Below are positions 9,807 to 21,259 of a DNA stretch of 64,000 nt, piece by piece; position 1 is the first letter of the stretch, and each line of letters opens with the position of its first letter. Position numbers and translations under genes: made by a program. The DNA comes from Eledone cirrhosa (lineage: Eukaryota). The notes beneath the pieces are model-generated. The model was not told the origin of the DNA. It ran no database searches and saw only the letters and a program-made list of their open reading frames with translations. Location of the stretch: contig OZ024742.1 of assembly GCA_964016885.1 (NCBI GenBank), positions 296,422,001 through 296,486,000 of the forward strand, given 5' to 3'.

Positions 9807-12800
9807 TATTATATATATATATATAAGCAGAGTTGGAATAAGTGTATGAAAGAATAGCTATATCAAGTGTCTTGCTGGAAAGGTTTATCACCAGATATCA
9901 GCAATGTTTTATAAGAGTGTTAAGGGGTGAGATGGAAGTTTGAAGTGTGTGTTTAAATTATAAGGTAGCATATCAAACTGAATTATTGCAGACCAGGAAT
10001 GTTATCTATTGCAAAAGTGAATGAGTCTGTGTAAAAGAGAATTTATTCTCAATTGAACCAACATAAAAGCTGGCATTAGAAATCAACTCGAAGTAGATGA
10101 ATATATTAATTACATATACAATACTAGTGATGTATTTATAGAATTTTAAAGAATGGTAAACTTGCTGGAAATACATTGGCATTCTAGCTATTGGAAGATT
10201 CATTTGTCATCCACTTAGCATTCATTATACAAGATGGGGAATTCAATTAAGGTGTTAGAACTCAGGAGAAAAGGCCTTGTAGTATTTGGACTACATCGCT
10301 GTTCACTAAGTTCAAATCCTGGAATTGATAAAATAGGTAGCAGTTCAGATCTTTTCCCCCTTCTTACTCCCACCTTTGGAAATAAAATGAATCTCTGATT
10401 TATGTTGGCTCATTGAAAACCAATAAGCAATGATACTATTTTTCACAAAATACATGATATATAAAATAACAAAATATTGAAATAAATGTTATACAGTAAT
10501 TTTTTTGTCTGGTTCACAGGTTTAGCAATTGAAATACAGCTCCTCGTGGGCAAGGAATATATGGTGTCAAAGGAATAATACTCTTCAATTATTCATTAAA
10601 TGTTCTATCATAGAACGAAACTCATTTCCATGAAAAGTTTCTTCAAAGTCTACGATATTAACTTTCGACACAAATGAGATACCATGTTTTTATGTTAAAA
10701 CTTTTGAAACAGAATCGATAATGTCATCTGGAAACTTGATGATCTGGCTTTAAAATGTTTTGTTAAATAATTCAACAGTCAACATTTGAGACGTCAACAC
10801 AGTTTCTACATAACTGCAGTTTGAAAGAGAAAAAATTCTATAAAATTTTTGGTACTTTACATTCTAAACATAGCAAATAAAATTTGTTTCAAAAATTCAT
10901 TTTATATAATATGACAAGTGTTATGCCTGCTTTCATAAAATCACTTAATTGGTAATAATTTAGATAGTACCATACACATGACTGTGTTAAATATTTTCTC
11001 ATTTAGAACACAAACCAAATTTCTAAGCAGATTGTTATTAATATTATTTTCTTTTTTTCCTTCATGAGAATGATTCCAGAAGTTGTTTAATTATATATTT
11101 AAGTGTTCAATATCTAAATAAAGATTTTCATCCTAAAGATTTTCATACACTAGTGCTTGAAAACCATTTTCACTGGGACAGCATGGGTTAACCTTATAGG
11201 TCCCAGAATAGGCTTCATGCTCATCACAAAGTCCTTTTTGAGAACAATGTTTTACAGTTAGATGCCTTGGTGTCAAACCTTTTTTGAAACCAATCTTTAA
11301 AAAACTACCAAAATTGAAAGTTCAATATATGGTTAAAGGTCTACCAAATATAAACAAATATAAGCAAAATCTTTGAGTACATGGAAGCTACAAGATGATT
11401 CAACAGAAACTTCTAGCTGTTTTACAGCTTCCCATGTTTCCTATATTCCTTATCATTTTCATTTTCTTATGCATAATCTGCCTCCCATTGGCCTTCAATA
11501 TTTGAAATTTTTTATTTTTATTGATATTTTTATTTTTCTGTTTTTCTTTCTTTTTTTCTTTTTTTTATTACTTGTCTCACTAGCTCGTTTTGGTTACCAA
11601 CTGTAAGTAGTCTGTCATGGTTTACTAGCTCTATACGGACGTCTAAATTAATTAAATAGATAAATAAATTATGTTATATGGTGTATTCTTCTATAAATAA
11701 ATACCAATTCTAGTAGTTGACTAGTTTATGATTTATCAACCTTGAATATCTGATAGACAAAGTTGACCTCAGCTGAATTTAAACGGAGAGCACAGAGAGC
11801 CAAAACAAACATTGCAAAGCATTTTATCCAATGTTCTAACAACTCTGTCAATCCATTGCCTCTATTTTCTCTTGTATCTCTACATGGCTTGTGAAACTGC
11901 AACAACTGAACATGATTTATGACAAAACTTTGAAGAGATGATATTTATAGAGTGGAAGAAATATCCAGTTCATTGATCACCAAATCAAAATTACTGTATT
12001 ATGATAATGTAAATTAAAATATGGTTAGCTGTTGTTAGGTAATAATTACCATAATGCAAACCTAGCTTTAGAATATATAAAAGCAGGAGTTTGAAGATTT
12101 TCATTCATTGTTCAGGCTTGAGAAGACAAGTGTGGGTGCAGCTGGATAAGTTGGCACAGGCCCACGATTTTGAGGAGGAAGCCTTCATGTAAACTACATG
12201 AATTGAAGATTTATGTTTATGTTCAGGCCGGAAAAGATGGCTGGGGAAGCAGGCAGACCAGTTGGCATAGGCTCATGATTTGAGATGACTTTCATATATG
12301 CTACATGTGCATCTGTATAACATACATGGGTTACTGAAGATCATGTCCAGATTGAAACTTCAAACTGCTTTCCCATAATGTATTAGTTTGAAGAACTTGG
12401 AAAGTCACCTTCCCCATCACCTTCAGCATTGTCATTATTATCATCAATATTTTCATCATCATTTTGCGTTCGTTTTCCATGAGTCCAGCATCACAACTTT
12501 ACAGTGTGTATTGTGTGCATTTTATTATTTTATTTTGACACCACCACTAACATTTTGCAGAGTGTACTAGGTGCATTTTATTGTGGCACCATCACTAACC
12601 ATTTTACAGAGTGCACTGGATACAATTTATTATGTCATCAATACTGGAGAGCTAGTCATTTACTTGACAAGGCTGAAGAGTCATCTCAACCCAGCACTGT
12701 CTCCATTCAATTCCCTAAAATACAAACAAAAACGAAAAAGTACGAAAAAGAAACTAAAAAAAACTAAACAAAAACCCTCTCAAAACCTACAATGATGGAA

Positions 12801-13308
12801 ACTAAGTGAGACCAATCCCTGAAGCTACTATAACTAATATATTGTTTAGTTTATTGATTACTGACAAACAATAAACATCATTAGTGGAGAAGAGACTTAA
12901 CTAAAAACTTTTCCCACACTCTCAGACATATATTCTAGAAAGATGACCTGTTATGTATGTTCTCTGTAAAATAATCTGGCTGTATTCCAATAGAAAACAT
13001 TTTTTTTTTACAACTGTATTTCCAAATGAATGGCAGTAATAAGTTGTTTGTGTATACATTTTTTTCTGTTCCTAAATTTTAGTTATGTTACAATGGTTCC
13101 TGGCAGCTATAACTAGCACTCAATAACTCCTTAATGTCTGTTGTTTAGGCATCTAATTGAAAACTTCACACGTTCATCTATACATATGTGTGCATGTGAA
13201 CACATTTGTTTATGTGCATGCATATGTGCACATGTTCACAAATGTGTTCATATGCTCACATACATGAGTATGAAGAAAAACACAGAAATACATAGAAAGA
13301 ACAGAGAA

Positions 13309-13342
<34 letters not shown>

Positions 13343-14522
13343 GTATATATATATAAATGTATACATATATATATATATAACACAACATATCTTGTACTTG
13401 ATGTGTATGTGTAGGCTTGGTGTGGTTGATAATTAAGCAGTACAAATAAATAACATAGCAGTTAAATACAATTAATTCTATCTTAATTAAAATGTACATC
13501 TTAAAACAGACTTTTATATACAATTGCTACAACTGTATATTAGGAAACTGCAGAATAAGGATTGTATATGCATCATGATCATCATGATCATCATCGTCGT
13601 TTTTATGTCCATTTTTCCACACTTGCATAGGTTGGAAAGGTCTTTTTTAATATAGCATCTCTCTACTCGCTGTGTTTTTTCGTCATCTACTCTGTGAGTT
13701 TCAGTGATTTGAGGTCAACTCTCACCCCTATGCCCAGTATGTGCAGTATAAATTGGATGCCACATGGTCAAATGGTTAAGAAGTTCACTTCACAAACATT
13801 AGGTTTCAGGTTTAATTCCATTGCATGGCATCTTAAACAAGTGTCATTTACCCTGGCTTCAGATATTCAAGCATTGTGAGCTGAACTAGGTAGACAGGAA
13901 CTATTTGAAGTCCATTGGATGAAACTGTAACTTAATTAAAAAGGTTTCCAACAAAGTGTTGTGTGTGCACACACATCACCCTGCAGCCCCCCCCCCCCCC
14001 CCCCCCCCAGCCATAGTGGTATGAACATGCCCTCCGCCTATCACCAGATCATCGTACCAGGGCCTTACTCTCTTTCGAAGAAACAGTTACAGGCTGGAAG
14101 AAGCTCTATAGCAGGCCGGCACCAGAGGGCTGGATGTTGTCAAGGAAGATCTCCAGAGGCTTGATATCACCTTGGCGCATGCAGAGGGGCTGGCACTGGA
14201 CTGCCAGTGATGAGGGCACTGGGGGACATGGTCGGCTCTATACATGATGATGCCTCTGGGATCACTGACTTATGATGACTTCAGTCTCATCGAGCAAGAA
14301 CAAGAAGAAAAACTTGGCACACACTGTGTCATTCTAAATTTCTCTGAAAATTACATTAATGGTACACATGTGTGGGTCAGGGAATGCTCAGCCACAGACA
14401 CTTTAATTTCAGGAACAGATAGTTTCATTGAATGAACAACGGGATTACTCATCATTGTAGCTGATGGAGATCCATTTACTTTACTTATCCCTGCACTTAA
14501 CATCATACATACAACCGTGGTT

Positions 14523-14695
14523 CATCATCATCATCATCATCAGCTAAGGTCCATCTTCCATGCTAGCATGGATAGAAGGGGGCTGTCCCTTTGTGAAAGA
14601 TCTGGTCAGAGGACCATGTTTTACTCACACAGGGCTGATTTGGGATTGGATTCTACGGCTGAATGCCCTTCCTAACACCAACCACATTTACAGTG
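14523..14695 (-). mobile_element. RTE-type 3' terminus anchoring the 48-bp array
   Basis: (cat)n tail, ccatgctagcatgg, ttctacggctgaatgcccttcctaacaccaaccacatttacag (reverse complement of 1341-1385). Confidence 0.85.
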
Positions 14696-17600
14696 TGTGC
14701 TAGTTGCTTTTTTGTCGTGTCACCTACATGACCACTTTACAGTGTGGGCGAGGTGCTTTTTGATGCCTCACCAACATGACCACTTTACAACTTGGGCTAT
14801 GAGCTTTTTACCATATTGGCAACATGACTACTTTACAGTATGGGTTGGCACTTTTTATATTGTCACCATCACGACCACTTTACAGTGTGAGCTGGGCTAT
14901 TTTTATCATGTGGCTATCATGACCACTTTACAGTGTGGGCTGGGCTCTTTTTACCATGTCGCTATCATGACCACTTTACAGTGTGGGCTGGGCTCATTTT
15001 ACCATGTCGCTATCATGATCACTTTACAGTGTGGGCTGGGCTCTTTTACCATGTCGCTATCATGACCACTTTACAGTGTGGGCTGGGCTTTTTTTACCAT
15101 GTCGCTATCATGACCACTTTACAGTGTGGGCTGGGCTCTTTTTACCATGTCGCTATCATGACCACTTTACAGTGTGGGCTGGGCTCTTTTTACCATGTCG
15201 CTATCATGATCACTTTACAGTGTGGGCTGGGCTCTTTTTATCATGTCGCTATCATGACCACTTTACAGTGTAGACGGGTCTCTTTTTACTATGTTGCTAT
15301 CATGATCACTTTACAGTGTGGGCTGGGCTCTTTTTATCATGTCACTATCACGATCACTTTACTGTGTGGGCTGGGCTCTTTTTACCATGTTGCTATCATG
15401 ATCACTTTACAGTGTGGGTGGGGCTCCTTTTACCATGTTGCTATCATGATCACTTTACAGTGTAGGCTGGGCTCTTTTTACCATGTTGCTATCATGATCA
15501 CTTTAGAGTGTGGGTTGGGCTCTTTTTACTATGTAGCTATCATGAACACTTTACAGTATGGGCTGGGCTCTTTTTAACATATCGCTATCACGATCACTTT
15601 AGAGTGTGGGCTGGGCTCTTTTTACCATGTTGCCATCATGAACACTTTACAATGTGGGCTGGGCTCTTTTTACCATGTTGCTATCATGATCACTTTACAG
15701 TGTGGGCTGGGCTCTTATTACCATGTTGCTATCACGATCACTTTACAATGTGGGCTGGGCTCTTTTTACAATGTCGCTATCATGATCACTTTACAGTGTG
15801 GGCTGGGCTCTTTTTATCATGTCGCTATCATGACCACTTTACAGTGTGGACGGGGCACTTTTTACTATGTTGCTATCATGATCACTTTACAGTGTGGGCT
15901 GGACTGTTTTTATCATGTCGCTATCACGATCACTTTACTGTGTGGGCTGGGCTCTTTTTACCATGTTGCTATCATGATCACTTTACAGTGTAGGCTGGGC
16001 TCTTTTTACCATCTCGCTATCATGATCACTTTAGAGTGTGGGCTGGGCTCTTTTTACCATGTAGCTATCATGATTACTTTACAGTATGGGCTGGGCTCTT
16101 TTTACCATGTCGCTATCACGATCACTTTAGAGTGTGGGCTGGGCTCTTTTTACCATGTCGTCATCATGAACACTTTACAGTGTGGGCTGGGTTCTTTTTA
16201 CCATGTTGCTATCATGATCACTTTACAGTGTGGGCTGGGCTCTTATTACCATGTTGCTATCACGATCACTTTACAATGTGGGCTGGGCTCTTTTTACCAT
16301 GTTGCTATCATGATCACTTTAGAGTGTGGGCTGGGCTCTTATTACCATGTCGCTATCACAATCACTTCACAATGTGGGCTGGGCTCTTTTTACCATGTCG
16401 CTATCATGATCACTTTACAGTGTGGGCTGGGCTCTTTTTACCATGTCGCTATCATGATCACTTTACAGTGTGAGCTGGGCTCTTTTTACCATGTTGCTAT
16501 CATGATCACTTTACAGTGTGGGCTGGGCTCTTATTACCATGTTGCTATCACGATCACTTTACAATGTGGGCTGGGCTCTTTTTACCATGTCGCTATCATG
16601 ACCAATTTACAGTGTGGGCTGGGCTCTTTTTACCATGTCGTTATCACGATCACTTTACAGTGTGGGCTGGGCTCTTTTTATCATGTCGCTATCATGACCA
16701 CTTTACAGTGTGGACGGGGCTCTTTTTACCATGTTGCTATCATGATCACTTTACAATGTGGGCTGGGCTCTTTTTAACATGTCGCTATCACGATAACTTT
16801 ACAGTTTGGGCTGGGCTCTTTTTACCATGTTGCTATCATCATCACTTTTCAGTGTGGGCTGGGCTCTTATTACGATGTCGCTATCACGGTCACTTTACAG
16901 TGTGGGCTGGGCTCTTAGTACCATGTCGCTATCACGGTCACTTTACAGTGTGGGCTGGGCTCTTTTTACCATGTTGCTATCATGATCACTTTACAGTGTG
17001 GGCTGGGCTCTTTTTACCATGTAGCTATCACGATCACTTTACTGTGTGGGCTGGGCTCTTTATACCATGTTGCTATCATGATCACTTTACAGTGTGGGTG
17101 GGGCTCCTTTTACCATGTTGCTATCATGATCACTTTACAGTGTAGGCTGGGCTCTTTTTACCATGTTGCTATCATGATCACTTTACAGTGTGGGCTGGGC
17201 TCTTTTTACCATGTAGCTATCACGATCACTTTACTGTGTGGGCTGGGCTCTTTATACCATGTTGCTATCACGATCACTTTACAGTGTGGGCTGGGCTCTT
17301 TTTACCATGTTGCTATCATGATCACTTTACAGTGTGGGCTGGGCTCTTTTTACCATATAGCTATCACGATCACTTTACTGTGTGGGCTGGGCTCTTTTTA
17401 CCATCTCGCTATCATGATCACTTTAGAGTGTGGGCTGGGCTGTTTTCACCATGTAGCTATCATGATTACTTTACAGTATGGGCTGGGCTCTTTTTACCAT
17501 GTCGCTATCACGATCACTTTAGAGTGTGGGCTGGGCTCTTTTTACCATGTCGCCATCATGAACACTTTACAGTGTGGGCTGGGTTCTTTTTACCATGTTG

Positions 17601-20600
17601 CTATCATGATCACTTTACAGTGTGGGCTGGGCTCTTATTACCATGTCGCTATCACAATCACTTCACAATGTGGGCTGGGCTCTTTTTACCATGTCGCTAT
17701 CATGATCACTTTACAGTGTGGGCTGGGCTCTTTTTACCATGTCGCTATCATGATCACTTTACAGTGTGAGCTGGGCTCTTTTTACCATGTTGCTATCATG
17801 ATCACTTTACAGTGTGGGCTGGGCTCTTTTTACCATGTTGCTATCATGATCACTTTAGAGTCTGGGCTGGGCTCTTATTACCATGTCGCTATCACAATCA
17901 CTTCACAATGTGGGCTGGGCTCTTTTTACCATGTCGCTATCATGATCACTTTACAGTGTGGGCTGGGCTCTTTTTACCATGTCGCTATCATGATCACTTT
18001 ACAGTGTGAGCTGGGCTCTTTTTACCATGTTGCTATCATGATCACTTTACAGTGTGGGCTGGGCTCTTATTACCATGTTGCTATCACGATCACTTTACAA
18101 TGTGGGCTGGGCTCTTTTTACCATGTCGCTATCATGACCAATTTACAGTGTGGGCTGGGCTCTTTTTACCATGTTGCTATCACGATCACTTTACAGTGTG
18201 GGCTGGGCTCTTTTTACCATGTTGCTATCATGATCACTTTACAATGTGGGCTGGGCTCTTTTTAACATGTCGCTATCACGATAACTTTACAGTTTGGGCT
18301 GGGCTCTTTTTACCATGTTGCTATCATCATCACTTTTCAGTGTGGGCTGGGCTCTTATTACCTTTTTGCTATCACGGTCACTTTACAGTGTGGGCTGGGC
18401 TCTTATTACCATGTCGCTATCACGGTCACTTTACAGTGTTGGCTGGGCTCTTTTTACCATGTCGCTATCACGATCACTTTACAGTGTGGGCTGGGCTCTT
18501 TTTACCATGTTGCTATCATGATGACTTTACAGTGTGGGTGGGGCTCCTTTTACCATGTTGCTATCATGATCACTTTACAGTGTAGGCTGGGCTCTTTTTA
18601 CCATGTTGCTATCATGATCACTTTACAGTGTGGGCTGGGCTCTTTTTACCATGTAGCTATCACGATCACTTTACTGTGTGGGCTGGGCTCTTTATACCAT
18701 GTCGCTATCACGATCACTTTACAGTGTGGGCTGGGCTCTTTTTACCATGTTGCTATCATGATCACTTTAGAGTGTAGGCTGGGCTCTTTTTACCATGTCG
18801 CCATCATGAACACTTTACAGTGTGGGCTGTGTTCTTTTTACCATGTCGCTATCATGATCACTTTACAGTGTGGGCTGGGCTCTTTATACCATGTTGCTAT
18901 CACGATCACTTTACAGTGTAGGCTGGGCTCTTTTTACCATGTTGCTATCATGATCACTTTACAGTGTGGGCTGGGCTCTTTTTACCATGTCGCTATCACA
19001 ATCACTTCACAATGTGGGCTGGGCTCTTTTTACCATGTCGCTATCATGATCACTTTACAGTGTGGGCTGGGCTCTTTTTACCATGTCGCTATCATGATCA
19101 CTTTACAGTGTGAGCTGGGCTCTTTTTACCATGTTGCTATCATGATCACTTTACTGTGTGGGCTGGGCTCTTATTACCATGTTGCTATCACGATCACTTT
19201 ACAATGTGGGCTGGGCTCTTTTTACCATGTCGCTATCATGACCAATTTACAGTGTGGGCTGGGCTCTTTTTACCATGTCGTTATCACGATCACTTTACAG
19301 TGTGGGCTGGGCTCTTTTTACCATGTCGCTATCACGATCACTTTAGAGTGTGGGCTGGGCTCTTTTTACCATGTCGCCATCATGAACACTTTACAGTGTG
19401 GGCTGGGTTCTTTTTACCATGTTGCTATCATGATCACTTTACAGTGTGGGCTGGGCTCTTATTACCATGTCGCTATCACAATCACTTCACAATGTGGGCT
19501 GGGCTCTTTTTACCATGTCGCTATCATGATCACTTTACAGTGTGGGCTGGGCTCTTTTTACCATGTCGCTATCATGATCACTTTACAGTGTGGGCTGGGC
19601 TCTTTTTACCATGTCGCTATCACGATAACTTTACAGTTTGGGCTGGGCTCTTTTTACCATGTTGCTATCATCATCACTTTTCAGTGTGGGCTGGGCTCTT
19701 TTTACCATGTCGCTATCACGGTCACTTTACAGTGTGGGCTGGGCTCTTATTACCATGTCGCTATCACGGTCACTTTACAGTGTTGGCTGGGCTCTTTTTA
19801 CCATGTCGCTATCACGATCACTTTACAGTGTGGGCTGGGCTCTTTTTACCATGTAGCTATCACGATCACTTTACAGTGTGGGCTGGGCTATTATTACCAT
19901 GTCGCTATCACGGTCACTTTACAGTGTTGGCTGGGCTCTTTTTACCATGTTGCTATCATCATCACTTTCCAGTGTGGGCTGGGCTATTATTACCATGTCG
20001 CTATCACGGTCACTTTACAGTGTTGGCTGGGCTCTTTTTACCATGTCGCTATCACGATCACTTTACAGTGTGGGCTGGGCTCTTTTTACCATGTTGCTAT
20101 CATGATCACTTTACAGTGTGGGCTGGGCTCTTTTTACCATGTAGCTATCACGATCACTTTACAGTGTGGGCTGGGCTCTTTTTACCATGTTGCTATCATG
20201 ATCACTTTACAGTGTGGGTGGGGCTCCTTTTACCATGTTGCTATCATGATCACTTTACAATGTAGGCTGGGCTCTTTTTACCATGTTGCTATCATGATCA
20301 CTTTAGAGTGTGGGCTTGGCTCTTTTTACCATGTAGCTATCATGAATACTTTACAGTATGGGCTGGGCTCTTTTTACCATGTCGCTATCACGATCACTTT
20401 AGAGTGTGGGCTGGGCTCTTTTTACCATGTCGCCATCATGAACACTTTACAGTGTGGGCTGGGTTCTTTTTACCATGTTGCTATCATGATCACTTTACAG
20501 TGTGGGCTGGGCTCTTATTACCATGTTGCTATCACGATCACTTTACAATGTGGGCTGGGCTCTTTTTACCATGTTGCTATCATGATCACTTTAGAGTGTG

Positions 20601-21086
20601 GGCTGGGCTCTTATTACCATGTCGCTATCACAATCACTTTACAATGTGGGCTGGGCTCTTTTTACCATGTTGCTATCACGATCACTTTACAATGTGGGCT
20701 GGGCTCTTTTTACCATGTTGCTATCATGATCACTTTACAGTGTGGGCTGGGCTCTTATTACCATGTTGCTATCACGATCACTTTACAATGTGGGCTGGGC
20801 TCTTTTCACCATGTCGCTATCATCATCACTTTAGAGTGTGGGCTGGGCTCTTTTTACCATGTTTTTATCCTGACCACTTTACAGTGTGGGCTGGGCTCTG
20901 TTTACCATGTCGCTATCATGATTACTTTACAGTGTGGGCTGAGCTCTTTTTACCATGTCGCTATCATGACCACTCTACAGTGTGGGTTGGGCTCTTTTTC
21001 TCATCTTAGCACCATGACCACTTTACAGAGTTGGTTGGGCTCTTTTTATCATGTCAGCATCATGACCACTTTACAGTGTGGGCTGG
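14683..21086. repeat. 48-bp tandem array, ~133 units, consensus TTTACAGTGTGGGCTGGGCTCTTTTTACCATGT(C/T)GCTATCATGATCAC
   Basis: Strict 48-bp periodicity (16-aa repeats in the ORF track); units more diverged at both edges; no spacers. Confidence 0.98.
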
Positions 21087-21259
21087 AGTCTTTGCTGAAT
21101 AGTTCCTATGCACATTTTCCTTGCGATGGCAGATGTAATCGTAGTTTATAATAATAATAATAATGAAATTATTGTGTAAAGTGCTCAGGTGCACTACAAC
21201 TCGTCAATATAGTACATAGAATAATACACAAATGCCAGGGAAGTACATGTTTGTATGTG

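Noticed and set aside
14683-21086. CRISPR-like array or zinc-finger gene
   Set aside because: Units are contiguous with no unique spacers and no cas genes. The Cys/His spacing does not fit C2H2, and stops are scattered in both open frames.
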